From Calothrix sp. PCC 7103 (lineage in GTDB: Bacteria > Cyanobacteriota > Cyanobacteriia > Cyanobacteriales > Nostocaceae): a stretch of 32,000 bases of DNA. The notes under the pieces were generated by a model, which was not told where the DNA came from, ran no database searches, and was given only the letters and a program-made list of their open reading frames with translations. Position numbers and translations under genes: made by a program. Location of the stretch: NCBI GenBank assembly GCA_000331305.1, contig KB217483.1, positions 1,071,937 through 1,103,936 of the forward strand. Reading direction: 5' to 3'. This document shows, piece after piece, positions 9,190 through 19,148 of this stretch; position 1 is the first letter of the stretch; each line of letters opens with the position of its first letter.

Positions 9190-12084
9190 TTGTCATACGA
9201 TAACTTTGATGAATTAGAAGCAGCTTTTGAAATAGCCCAGACAAAATGGCAACAAGGCAATTTACTCGCAGCTTATGATGATTTGTCTAAAATTTTTACC
9301 TACCGACTTTTAAATTCTCAATTAATTGATGCAGATTTGAAGGTGATTCAATCCCTCGCTGACTTAGCTGGTATCTTAGGTGAATTTCAAGTTGCAGATG
9401 ACTTACTTTGTGGTGCAGTTGGTTTATACCAACAAGCAAACAGCGAACCCTTAACTGATTATGCAAACCTCAGACGCATTCAATTGTCTTTAGATAAAGG
9501 AGATTTATACCAAGCACAAAAATTATTGCAAGAAATGTCTCCACGCATTGGTGATATTAATGATATAGAGTTTTCTTCCTCCGGATTATTACAGTGGGAG
9601 AATAGTTGTATTTGGCGCCATGCAAATTCAAAAGATAGAACTGTATTATTTGCCGAATTATATCTGGCAATGGGACGACTATCAAGTGCATTAGGGCAAT
9701 ATAGTCAGGCATTAGAAGCCTTACAAAGAGGTATATTTCATGCTCAAGTGGAGACAACACCCGATTTAGCAAAGCAAACATTACTACCATTAAAGCTAGC
9801 AATTGCCGCAGCATATCTCGAAAAAGGCGATTTTGAGCAAGCCGACAATTACCTGTCACTGCTCAAAAAGCCAATAGATAGCTCACAACACCTGGAGTAT
9901 CAAATTCGTTGGCTGGAGCTATCGGGTAAACTCCATCTACTGTGGGGAAATTTGGGTGCAGGATTAAAACGATTTCAGGAAGTTCAAGAAAAATGTACAA
10001 TCATGCGCTCTCAACGGGCAGTTTTGCGCTCTAACCTCAATCTTGCCCATATTTTAATTCTCCTTAACCAAACAAGCACAGCTCAACAATATTTAGTAGA
10101 TACTCAAAACAATGCTTTAGCGATTGGCGATAAAGCTTTAGCAGCAAGGGCAGAATTGTTACTACAGCTTGCTGGCGCCCGTAGCCGTTCTTTGGTAGCA
10201 GAAAGTCCTGTAGGAATGTCAGTAGTGGATATGCGTAATAAACAAAAACACTACAAGCAAACAGTAGAAGAGCTATGGGAATCACCCAATTTCTCAACTC
10301 AATCCCCTAATTATTTAGCTTGGTTTGAAGACCGTGCCCTAGCCTTCCAATGGTATTTAAGTAATCTAGAGTTTAAAAATGCCAACGATTTTCTTCAAAA
10401 AATCAAAAAGGTTTTTAAGTCTACAGACTCCCAATTTATTCAAGTACAAATACAAATATTATCAGGCATATTTTCTTACTATCAAGGAACAGAACGTAAT
10501 GATATTACGAAAATTAACCAAGCCCATCAAATTTTAGAAGCAATTTGCCCCCAACTAGAGGAAATGTCTTTAAAACCCGAACTTTGGCAAGTACAGCGAG
10601 TATTAATTTGGTGTCGCACACGGTTAAATTATCCACTTTCCGAAATTGAAGCTTTAACAACATCAACAAATCTGCTACTTGAACAAATGACATCATCGCT
10701 AACACCAGAAGACCAAGTATTTTATTTGCTCAATAAATGGACAGCAGATGAGGAATACATTGCCGCACAAATAAACCAACTACAGCGCTTGCAACTAAAA
10801 CTCAGCAAGGCTATTTTTTTCCACCGTCCTTGGCTACAATGGCAACTGATACAAAAGCTAAATCCTTTAGTCGAGCATATTGATCGCTATAAAGATGCTT
10901 TAGCCAAGCGTACAATCAAAGGCGAACGCTCTCAAGTGCAACTTCTCCCACCAGGTTCACTTTTATTGCGTATCCTTACTCACCCCAAAAATCGAGTCAC
11001 CCTTTCATTTCTAATTTTACCCGATCGCGTTTTAGTAGTTAAAACTAGTCAATTTTTATTTGATTTTCATGTCATTCCCACTACTCGTTTAGCAGTACGT
11101 AATATCGTTCGACGCTGGTATCAAAACATCGACACTCTTAACGGTGGTCGAGATATGAACCTCGCTGCTAATAACGATTACGAGCAACAAATAACATCCG
11201 CAAATGAAGTCGGGCAACAAATAACCGATAATCTCGCGGACATTTTACAACTACCACAAATACTTGAGTGTATACCCAAACATATCCAAGCATTAACAAT
11301 AATACCTGATGACATCTTACACGGATTCCCCTTTGCCTGCATTACTTACAAAGGAAAGTATTTAATCAAACATTATGCCCTGGCGATCGCATATGAATCT
11401 AAAAATAAACCAATTCAACCTAAACGACCTATCCCCTTGAAAAAACAAGCACTTGTTATTGGTATATCCAATGGCAATAAACATTTTCGTCCCTTACCCG
11501 GAGTCAAAAGAGAATTACAGCATATTAATAAATGGTTAGACCAGCATCAAATTAAGCATTTGCAATTGGAAAATAATAATGCTCATAAAGCCGCTATTGT
11601 AGAAACTATATCCAAAGCAACACTGCTCCACATGGCTTGTCATGGAATTTTTGAGCCAAATCAACCCGATAGCTCAGGACTAGTACTAATTTCCGACTCA
11701 GGAGAACAGGAAGTTCTTAGTCTCAGGGAACTCTCCGAGATTGACTTAACAAAATTACGCCATGCAACTCTCTCCTCCTGTTGGTCTGCTGACCACTTTA
11801 TACTTCCCAGACGTTGGATTATTAGCTTACCAGAAACCCTCTGGCGAGCAGGGACTCAAAGTATTTTAGGTTCTCTGTGGGAGGTAGACGATAAAATAGC
11901 GATATCTTTTATGGCTAGATTTTATGATTACTTGGACAAGTTTCCACGAGATGAAGCCCTGCGTCGTACACAGCTAGATTGTCTTGAAGGTAGCTTACCG
12001 AATTGTGGTGCTGAAACATTTAATCCCAAATTTTGGGCTGGGTTTAATTTGTATGGAGACTACCGACCTTTGATGAAAATTTAA
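9190..12084 (+). CDS. TPR-repeat CHAT-domain (caspase-like) protease
   Basis: N-terminal TPR-like helices; C-terminal catalytic-type motifs LLHMACHGIFEPNQPDSSGLVL (His) and LRHATLSSCWSAD (Cys), then ETLWRAGTQSILGSLWEVDD...FMARFYDYL. Confidence 0.9.
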   Translation: MSYDNFDELEAAFEIAQTKWQQGNLLAAYDDLSKIFTYRLLNSQLIDADLKVIQSLADLAGILGEFQVADDLLCGAVGLYQQANSEPLTDYANLRRIQLSLDKGDLYQAQKLLQEMSPRIGDINDIEFSSSGLLQWENSCIWRHANSKDRTVLFAELYLAMGRLSSALGQYSQALEALQRGIFHAQVETTPDLAKQTLLPLKLAIAAAYLEKGDFEQADNYLSLLKKPIDSSQHLEYQIRWLELSGKLHLLWGNLGAGLKRFQEVQEKCTIMRSQRAVLRSNLNLAHILILLNQTSTAQQYLVDTQNNALAIGDKALAARAELLLQLAGARSRSLVAESPVGMSVVDMRNKQKHYKQTVEELWESPNFSTQSPNYLAWFEDRALAFQWYLSNLEFKNANDFLQKIKKVFKSTDSQFIQVQIQILSGIFSYYQGTERNDITKINQAHQILEAICPQLEEMSLKPELWQVQRVLIWCRTRLNYPLSEIEALTTSTNLLLEQMTSSLTPEDQVFYLLNKWTADEEYIAAQINQLQRLQLKLSKAIFFHRPWLQWQLIQKLNPLVEHIDRYKDALAKRTIKGERSQVQLLPPGSLLLRILTHPKNRVTLSFLILPDRVLVVKTSQFLFDFHVIPTTRLAVRNIVRRWYQNIDTLNGGRDMNLAANNDYEQQITSANEVGQQITDNLADILQLPQILECIPKHIQALTIIPDDILHGFPFACITYKGKYLIKHYALAIAYESKNKPIQPKRPIPLKKQALVIGISNGNKHFRPLPGVKRELQHINKWLDQHQIKHLQLENNNAHKAAIVETISKATLLHMACHGIFEPNQPDSSGLVLISDSGEQEVLSLRELSEIDLTKLRHATLSSCWSADHFILPRRWIISLPETLWRAGTQSILGSLWEVDDKIAISFMARFYDYLDKFPRDEALRRTQLDCLEGSLPNCGAETFNPKFWAGFNLYGDYRPLMKI

Positions 12085-12202
12085 TTCACGGCGCCTTGTA
12101 GGGTGGCAAACGAGATACGTACAAAATAGGTTATGTAATACAACAACTTTGTAACGTTTACTAGAAAAGCGCTTTTTATTGTTTAGTGTTTAGTGTTTAG
12201 AT

Positions 12203-12679
12203 ATGCAGTTGAATTTATTAGATCAGATATTACCAGGAGTAGCAACAGCTTCTGTAACTATGGCTTTGGCAGTTGCTATTACCACAACCAATCAACCCAC
12301 TTACGCTGGGAATAACAAATTAGTCGCATCTGTGCAGCCAATGCTTACTGCACAAGCTGTTAATAAAACCGTATATGTTATATTGTTCAACCCTCATACT
12401 GACGATGAAGGAATTTACACGATTCTTTTTAATGATCGTAACAATGTATTGATGTTTGAATTAGCCAAAGATGCAAACGATTTTGTCAAAAAGGTAATTG
12501 AAGAAAAACCAAATAATGTGAATATTCCAACACCAGTAGTTAAAGCTATCAATGCTCAAGAAGTTATAACTTTTTGTCAAACAAAAGGTTATGACTACGA
12601 GTTAATTCCTGCTGGAAAGAAAATAACACCACCTTCGACTTGGTTTGACGAGCTTTCCGACCCGTCTATGAATAAATAG
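12203..12679 (+). CDS. DUF3110-like cyanobacterial protein
   Basis: VYVILFNPHTDDEGIYTILFNDRNNVLMFELAKDANDFVKKV...PTPVVKAINAQEVITFCQTKGYDYELIPAG. Confidence 0.7.
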   Translation: MQLNLLDQILPGVATASVTMALAVAITTTNQPTYAGNNKLVASVQPMLTAQAVNKTVYVILFNPHTDDEGIYTILFNDRNNVLMFELAKDANDFVKKVIEEKPNNVNIPTPVVKAINAQEVITFCQTKGYDYELIPAGKKITPPSTWFDELSDPSMNK

Positions 12680-13225
12680 TAGGCTATCAGTCGAGATAAC
12701 GGCAAAATGGAGCATATTGTAAGTATTTGCAAAGCTAATTAGCAAAAACCTTGCTTTGCCGTTGTTTCAGCCTTAACCTAAACTTAACTATTTAGATGAA
12801 GACATTCCCAAAAAGAGTCATTTACGGGCAAGTGTCAGGAACATAAAAGCTTGCGGGGTGCGCGTTGGTGTATAATCTACCATCAAGGCACCTCCGCATT
12901 GGCACGAAGGCTAAATAATTTAATCTAAAAACAAATGTTTTACTCGATACACAAATATTGGTTTTTGTCAATATATTAGTAGACTAACGCTTTAGGTAAA
13001 ATGCACTTGCTGCTTTTATCTCAGATTTTACGCGCTCAGATAAACACTGTACCGAAGTTGCATTTCCGACTGGCGCCTTGCCATATTCCTTGAAAAAATT
13101 AAAACAAATCTTTCACAACCTGCATAAATATACGTAAATCAATTCGTATCTCCTAATGAAGGGGTTCAAACAATATAACTCACTCCAAAAGCAATACCTC
13201 AACATTATTCATAGGAGATAATAAC

Positions 13226-13606
13226 ATGAAAACATGGAAATTGGCACTAACAACTCTAGTGTTAGTAACTTCAACTTGTCTTCCCAAAGCGCAAGCAATT
13301 AGCTTATCAAAAACCGAAGTCAATCAATCTGAATCAACATTATTAGCATCATCTACTCAAATTGCGCTCAATGACACCTACTGGGGACCAGAGAGAGATT
13401 TTTCTATTCAGATGCCTGGTGCTGTACAAGAAAATCAATATAGGAAATTAATCTCATGGAGTGACACAAGCGAAACTGCCTACGTTATTCTCCACAGAGA
13501 CCTGCCAGTTGAAGCAGCTTATTTATCTGCTGACCAAATTCGTGAAACATTACAGACTTCAATGCGAGGAGAAATGACAACTACAGGAAAAATTGTGAAA
13601 TTGTGA
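13226..13606 (+). pseudogene. Secreted hypothetical protein, probably 3'-truncated by the adjacent Tn554-like element
   Basis: Signal peptide MKTWKLALTTLVLVTSTCLPKAQA; ORF stops at the GTGA that starts tnpA (13603), ending abruptly at GKIVKL. Confidence 0.5.
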
Positions 13607-15066
13607 AAAATTACCAACATCTATTTCAAAATCAAGAAATACGTAGATTGTTGGATAATCATCTGTTAAATAAAGATATTTGGCATCAGGTTGATGATTT
13701 AGGATTAGAAGTATCCGAACATTTAAGTATATGGACTTTAAATTTTACAGAAATTCATCAAGAGCAGTTAAAAATTCTAGCGAAAGTTTATATTTTGATA
13801 AAATGTAAATTATTAAGAAGCGTAACTCTCAACGGACATTTGACAACGCTCAGAAAATTTTCTAATTTTTTGAGAGTAAAGAACATTGATAAACTAGAAG
13901 AAATTGATAATCTGGTTTTTGATAATTTGGATTCTTATTTATGTTCTCAAGGTTTATCAAAACCTACTATTTGTCAATACTACATAAATCTTTCCAGCTT
14001 TTTTGATACTTGTCGTTTAGAAGGATGGATAAATGTTAATACTTATTGGTTTCAGGGAAGAAAAACATCAATCAGTCTTAATAATGAGAGAATTGATTAT
14101 ATACCTGAAGAAGTTTGGAATCAGCTTGAAGAAAATCTTCACCTTTTACCAGAACAACTGCAAAGAATGGTTTTGATTATTAGAACAACAGGATTAAGAA
14201 TAGGAGAATTAGTAAATTTACCTTTAAATTGTCTTAGGAAACGGAATGAACAATGGCGACTACGACTAAAAGAAACCGAAAAATATGAAATCGAAGATGA
14301 ATTACCAATAAATATACCCGAATTAGTATTAGTAATTCAAGAACAACAAAACTATATTAAACAAACTTTTGGGTCAAGTTATAATCATCTATTTTGTACC
14401 CTTTATAAAGCAAGAGTTGTGAATAAAGATGAAAAATGCCACTTGAAAAAGCCTGTTGCAAAGGTTATGAAGTCAGTAAATTTTAACAGATGGTTAAATT
14501 GGTTAGCAAAAACAGCTCATATTTGCGACTCTTCAGGTATGGTGTGGAAATTTTCTTCACATCAATTTCGTAGGACAATCGCAACTATAATGACTAATGT
14601 CGGCATCCGTGACTTGATTATTCAAAAATATTTAAGGCATCGTTCTCCTGATATGCTTTCTTACTATAAGCATATTATGAAAGAAGTGCTAGAAAAAGAA
14701 TACGAAGAATTAATTAAAGAAAAAAAGTATGTTGATATTACAGGAAAAGTAGTGGATTCTTATAAACCAACAAATCCGATAACAACGCTACTCAGACACA
14801 AAATGTTTCAAATTACAACGCAATATGGTGAGTGTCATCGTCCGACATTAAAAAATCCTTGCCCGACAGTAAATGCTTGTTGGAGATGCAAGGAATGGCG
14901 TGTAAGTAATGAAGATTTAGAAGATTTAAAAGAAGATTTACAGCGAGTAGAAAATGAACTTCAAATTGCAGAAGCACTAGGAATGCTTAGACAACAACAA
15001 GGTTTAGAAAACGACCGAAATATTCTTCGTAAGTGTATTATAGCTTTAGGAAATAATTATGATTGA
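13603..15066 (+). CDS. tnpA: Tn554 TnpA-like tyrosine recombinase
   Basis: Motifs IRTTGLRIGELVNLPL (Arg box) and SHQFRRTIATIMTNVGIRDLIIQKYLRHRSPDMLSYYKH (H-R...H...Y). Confidence 0.85.
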   Translation: MKNYQHLFQNQEIRRLLDNHLLNKDIWHQVDDLGLEVSEHLSIWTLNFTEIHQEQLKILAKVYILIKCKLLRSVTLNGHLTTLRKFSNFLRVKNIDKLEEIDNLVFDNLDSYLCSQGLSKPTICQYYINLSSFFDTCRLEGWINVNTYWFQGRKTSISLNNERIDYIPEEVWNQLEENLHLLPEQLQRMVLIIRTTGLRIGELVNLPLNCLRKRNEQWRLRLKETEKYEIEDELPINIPELVLVIQEQQNYIKQTFGSSYNHLFCTLYKARVVNKDEKCHLKKPVAKVMKSVNFNRWLNWLAKTAHICDSSGMVWKFSSHQFRRTIATIMTNVGIRDLIIQKYLRHRSPDMLSYYKHIMKEVLEKEYEELIKEKKYVDITGKVVDSYKPTNPITTLLRHKMFQITTQYGECHRPTLKNPCPTVNACWRCKEWRVSNEDLEDLKEDLQRVENELQIAEALGMLRQQQGLENDRNILRKCIIALGNNYD

Positions 15067-15673
15067 AATTAATTGGAATCAAGATTATAAAAAAGAATTT
15101 ATCTGCCCTAGATGCGATAAATATGGATTAAAGTTGCAAGGTACTAATAAACATGGTAAAAGACGGTTAAAATGTGACAATTGTCGAAGAGTAATTAGTA
15201 TCTGTTGTGATTTAAAGAAAAATAAAATATTTTTTGATTTCAAGACAAACACTACATGGATTTGGGGGCAAAAAGTCAATGAATTTATTTGTCCTACATG
15301 TGGAGATACAAATATATTTTTTTATGGAATGTGTAGTCTTACTGGGAAAAAACGATTTTATTGTAAAACGTGTAAAAAATATACTTATGATGCTATAGAG
15401 CTAGCACGTGGGAATGTGAGTAGAATTAGTCATAAAGATATAGCAATAAAAGCATTTAAATTTGAAGAAGATACGTGGGATTTAAGAAGTATTATTTCTA
15501 GTTGTGATAGTCGTAATATCGATTATATTTTATACTTTAATACTCTGAAACCGCAATGGTTAAAAATGTTAGTTAAAAAATATATTTATCACTTGTGTAA
15601 ATTAGAAATATCACCGAAAAAATTAACGCTAATCATATGGTTAGCTTTCGTTTTTTCTCTCGTTATTTGGTAG
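15059..15673 (+). CDS. tnpB: TnpB-like, N-terminal part with two zinc ribbons; frameshifted from the catalytic part
   Basis: FICPRCDKYGLKLQGTNKHGKRRLKCDNC and FICPTCGDTNIFFYGMCSLTGKKRFYCKTC; overlaps tnpA stop and the 406-aa ORF. Confidence 0.75.
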   Translation: MIEINWNQDYKKEFICPRCDKYGLKLQGTNKHGKRRLKCDNCRRVISICCDLKKNKIFFDFKTNTTWIWGQKVNEFICPTCGDTNIFFYGMCSLTGKKRFYCKTCKKYTYDAIELARGNVSRISHKDIAIKAFKFEEDTWDLRSIISSCDSRNIDYILYFNTLKPQWLKMLVKKYIYHLCKLEISPKKLTLIIWLAFVFSLVIW

Positions 15674-16857
15674 AAAAAAATATTGATAGTATCAAACAAA
15701 TAAATCGCAGCGTTGTTCTTGACTTTCTTAGTCACCAATCTACTAGCCAAGCTGTCAGACATAGATTAGGAACTTTAAAAGACTTTTTCTACATAGGAAC
15801 ATCCCAAGGATGGTTTAATTTTGACCAAGATATAATTCGAGATACTGATTACCCCAAATATAGATTAGGAAATCCAGATCCACTAGACGATACAGTTAGA
15901 GAACAAATAGAAAAAAACTTGCATATATTACCTGACTCAATTGCCCGAATGTGGATTATCACATTTTTTGCAGCATTACGTCCTTCAGAACTGGCTTTTT
16001 TAAAGAAAGATTGTTTAGTGCAAGATGGAGCTAGTTGGAAAATTGTTTGGAATAGAAAAAAGGGAAAAAATCAACATGAAGTTCCTGTGACACGAGTAAT
16101 TGCTAAAGTTATTCAAGAGCAGCAGTCATATATTAATAATTTATGGGGCAATGAATGGGAATACTTGTTCTGTCACTATCAAAATATATCTGAGACTGAC
16201 CCAAGCCAACCAAATTTAGAACCAGTAAAAAAAGTAATTCCTAAGAGTTGTAACTCATTTACAAAATCTATTCGTTGCTTAATAAAAGCTCTTAATATTC
16301 GAGATGAAAATAATCAACTAGCAATATTTAGCCATCGTTTAGTTCGCCCAACTCGTTTAACTCAACTTTTTGAACAAGGGCATGACCTTACTGTTGTGAG
16401 TGCATGGGCAGGTCATAAAAAATTAGCAACAACAATTCTTCATTATACAAAAGTTAGTTGTGACTTAATAGAGAAAGAGGCTGGACATATTCAAAAGGCA
16501 CTATTTAATAATGATGGTAAACCTTTATATTATGAGTCTATGCCTCAAACATTTTGGAAAAATCCTCGCACTCATGAGTTGAATTTATCAGGTGACCATA
16601 TTAACACTCCTATCTATGGTTATTGTGGACTTCCTTTAGACCAAAATTGTGATAAGTTTCGTGCCTGTTATACTTGTAGTTGTTTTGCTGCCACACTTGA
16701 AAAATTACCTCTGTACATTAAAACCCGCGATGAGCTTAGAGCCAAAGAGTCTAATGCTTTGGCAAATGGGCATGATGTATTAGTAGAACAATTTGGGCGA
16801 CAAGCTGCCCAATTAGATAAAATTATTGTTAGCTTGCAAGGAGGAAATTACTCATGA
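15637..16857 (+). CDS. tnpB: TnpB-like tyrosine recombinase, C-terminal catalytic part
   Basis: FFAALRPSELAFLKKD, IFSHRLVRPTRLTQLFEQGHDLTVVSAWAGHKKLATTILHYTKVS. The -1 frame extends upstream to the A6 run at 15617-15622. Confidence 0.85.
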   Translation: MVSFRFFSRYLVEKNIDSIKQINRSVVLDFLSHQSTSQAVRHRLGTLKDFFYIGTSQGWFNFDQDIIRDTDYPKYRLGNPDPLDDTVREQIEKNLHILPDSIARMWIITFFAALRPSELAFLKKDCLVQDGASWKIVWNRKKGKNQHEVPVTRVIAKVIQEQQSYINNLWGNEWEYLFCHYQNISETDPSQPNLEPVKKVIPKSCNSFTKSIRCLIKALNIRDENNQLAIFSHRLVRPTRLTQLFEQGHDLTVVSAWAGHKKLATTILHYTKVSCDLIEKEAGHIQKALFNNDGKPLYYESMPQTFWKNPRTHELNLSGDHINTPIYGYCGLPLDQNCDKFRACYTCSCFAATLEKLPLYIKTRDELRAKESNALANGHDVLVEQFGRQAAQLDKIIVSLQGGNYS

Positions 16858-17708
16858 TACCTGACCAAAAAGAAGCTCGTATTAAAATCCTTACTGACAC
16901 TCAAGCAGCAAGAAAACAAGAGGCTTTAAAGAAAGTTGAGAACGCGATTGAGCGTCTACAAAAAATCGGTGCTAAAATCAATTTTCAAACTATAGCGAAA
17001 GAAGCTTCGGTTAGCGTTCCATATTTATATAAATATCCAGAATTAAAAGCGCATATAGCTCAATTGCGCTCCCAACAATCATCAATGCCATCAGAACCTT
17101 ATATACAACCACCTGTTACAGCGAAAGCTCACTCTCAAGTTGTAGAACGTTTAAAAAAACGTATCCATGAATTAGAAGCTGATTTGAGCGAGTTTAGACG
17201 TAAAAATGAAGCATTAGCAGGACAAGTTTATCGAGTACATTCTTTAATTGAACAAGTTGAACGTCAAAAAGAAATTATAGAAACCTTAGAAAATCGTTTA
17301 AAATCAGCCAATCAGCAAGTAACTGAAAGTAAAGTTATTCCTCTAAATAAAAAGTCAGTAGTTGTAAGTGAGCGTATATTAGCTGAACTGAATGAAATAG
17401 GAATAGAACTCAACAATAATTTAACCAAACTTATTGAAAATGCCACAGAATCGGATATTTTGGCAGCTATTGAATATTATAAATATGAGCAAGAACGAAC
17501 AAATATTCAAAATCCTGGTGGGTGGTTAGCTCGTGCAATTAAAGAGCGTTGGAAGAAACCAGATATACATCAAAACTTAAAGGCTGAAAAATTATCAAAA
17601 GAACCGGAACTATTTTCCAGCAACGCCACGCTATGCAATAGAAAGTTTGTATCTCTTGAAGAACTTGTAAATATTAGTAATATATTTGATAGTGAATCAG
17701 ATGACTGA
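16854..17708 (+). CDS. tnpC: TnpC / DUF6262-like transposon accessory protein
   Basis: N-terminal HTH-like TRQ-type segment AIERLQKIGAKINFQTIAKEASVSVPYLYKYPELKAHIAQLR followed by coiled coil; ATGA overlap with tnpB. Confidence 0.8.
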   Translation: MIPDQKEARIKILTDTQAARKQEALKKVENAIERLQKIGAKINFQTIAKEASVSVPYLYKYPELKAHIAQLRSQQSSMPSEPYIQPPVTAKAHSQVVERLKKRIHELEADLSEFRRKNEALAGQVYRVHSLIEQVERQKEIIETLENRLKSANQQVTESKVIPLNKKSVVVSERILAELNEIGIELNNNLTKLIENATESDILAAIEYYKYEQERTNIQNPGGWLARAIKERWKKPDIHQNLKAEKLSKEPELFSSNATLCNRKFVSLEELVNISNIFDSESDD

Positions 17709-19017
17709 CAAAATACCACCTCAAAATCTTGAAGCAGAAGAAAATATACTTGGTGGTTGCTTACTAGACCCCAATGCGATTGGCAGAATTGCTGATATTT
17801 TAACGCCAGAAGCATTTTATTTTTCTGTTCATCAACAAATTTACAAAGCAATATTAGAATTGTATAGTCACTCATTACCAACTGATTTATTAGCAGTTAC
17901 TTCTTGGCTAGCCGACAAGAATCTATTAACTAAAATTGGCGGTAAAAATCAACTAAGTAAATTAGTTGAAACAACAGTATCAGCCATAAATATAGACCAC
18001 ATAGCAAATATTGTTTTAGATAAATATCAGCGTCGGCAGCTAATTAGCATTGGTCATGAAATTGTTGAACTCGGCTATGATGAAACATTTCAAACTAAAC
18101 AAGTATTAGAGCGGTCAGAAAGCCGAATATTTAATTTAAATTCAAATCAACAAGATAAATTTAAACCACAAATAATAAGTGATTGCCTGCGTGAAGTATT
18201 TCAAGAGTTAAAACAAGGATATTCTCCAGGGTATCCAACTGGATTAAAAGATTTAGATGTCCTAATTGGAGGACTAAATAAACAGGATTTAATCGTAATT
18301 GCCGCAAGAGCATCAATGGGTAAAACTTGGTTAGGGTGCTATTTTACTAACTATATTGCTATGCAGCAACTACCTGTTGTTTTCTTCTCCGCCGAAATGT
18401 CTAAATTACAATTAACTAAAAGATTTTTAGCAATGCATTCTGGTATTGATTCTAGTAGGCTAATTCGTAATCAAATATATACTGACGAGATGGATAACTT
18501 AAAACAAGCTTTGGTTATTTTAAACCAACTACCCATTATCATTGATGATACACCTGCACTGTATCAAAATCCATTCAGGATATGTTCTGTTTTACGAAAA
18601 GTTAAGTCCGAACGAGGCAATTTAGGTTTAGTAGTTATGGATTATATCCAAAAACTTGGTGATAGGGCAGCAAGTAATAGAGCGCAATCAGTTGGTCAAT
18701 TCTCTGGCGCCTTTAAAGATATTGCTAAAGAATTTGATGTTCCATTTGTCGCTTTAGCTCAAATTAATAGAGGTGTTGAAAGTCAAACAAATAAACGCCC
18801 AACAATGGCGGATATTAAAGATTCTGGCGATATTGAACAAGATATGGATGTAGGATTACTTCTTTACCGAGACGAATATTATAACCCGAACACAATAGAC
18901 TTGGGATTAATGGAGATAAATGTCGCAAAAAATCGTAATGGCGCAACGGGTATTTGCAAAGTTAAATTTTCTGCTTCTATTGGAACGTTTTGTAATACTG
19001 TAGTTTCTCAAGGCTAA
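17701..19017 (+). CDS. DnaB-type replicative helicase
   Basis: IPPQNLEAEENILGGCLLDPNAI; Walker A-like IAARASMGKTWLG; VFFSAEMSKLQLTKRF; LGLVVMDYIQKL; VPFVALAQINRGVESQTNKRPTMADIKDSGDIEQDMDVGLLLYRD. ATG at 17701 overlaps the tnpC stop. Confidence 0.93.
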   Translation: MTDKIPPQNLEAEENILGGCLLDPNAIGRIADILTPEAFYFSVHQQIYKAILELYSHSLPTDLLAVTSWLADKNLLTKIGGKNQLSKLVETTVSAINIDHIANIVLDKYQRRQLISIGHEIVELGYDETFQTKQVLERSESRIFNLNSNQQDKFKPQIISDCLREVFQELKQGYSPGYPTGLKDLDVLIGGLNKQDLIVIAARASMGKTWLGCYFTNYIAMQQLPVVFFSAEMSKLQLTKRFLAMHSGIDSSRLIRNQIYTDEMDNLKQALVILNQLPIIIDDTPALYQNPFRICSVLRKVKSERGNLGLVVMDYIQKLGDRAASNRAQSVGQFSGAFKDIAKEFDVPFVALAQINRGVESQTNKRPTMADIKDSGDIEQDMDVGLLLYRDEYYNPNTIDLGLMEINVAKNRNGATGICKVKFSASIGTFCNTVVSQG

Positions 19018-19036
19018 CAAAGAATATTATTGTTGA

Positions 19037-19094
19037 AAGCATGTTGTATAAAACATAAACAACAACAAAACCCTTTCTCCAAGCATGTTGTATA
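19037..19094. repeat. 14-nt direct repeat AAGCATGTTGTATA (19037-19050 and 19081-19094)
   Basis: Identical copies 44 nt apart; core TGTTGTATA also inverted at ~19204-19212. Confidence 0.75.
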
Positions 19095-19105
19095 CATCGT
19101 GTATG

Positions 19106-19148
19106 GCATAATTATCGAACGGCAACAGTTGCCGTTCGATAATTATGC
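19106..19148. promoter_or_regulatory. Near-perfect hairpin with 20-bp arms and 3-nt loop, right end of Tn554-like element
   Basis: GCATAATTATCGAACGGCAA-CAG-TTGCCGTTCGATAATTATGC. Confidence 0.9.

Larger units (their letters stand above)
13603..19148 (+). mobile_element. Tn554-like transposon (tnpA-tnpB-tnpC) with DnaB-type helicase; ends not rigorously defined
   Basis: Three-gene signature with overlapping stops and starts, plus the hairpin/repeat region downstream. Boundaries approximate. Confidence 0.65.

Noticed and set aside
9557-10705. Antisense ORFs (100, 77, 63 aa) inside the TPR-CHAT gene
   Set aside because: Entirely contained within a well-supported long CDS and with no recognisable motifs.
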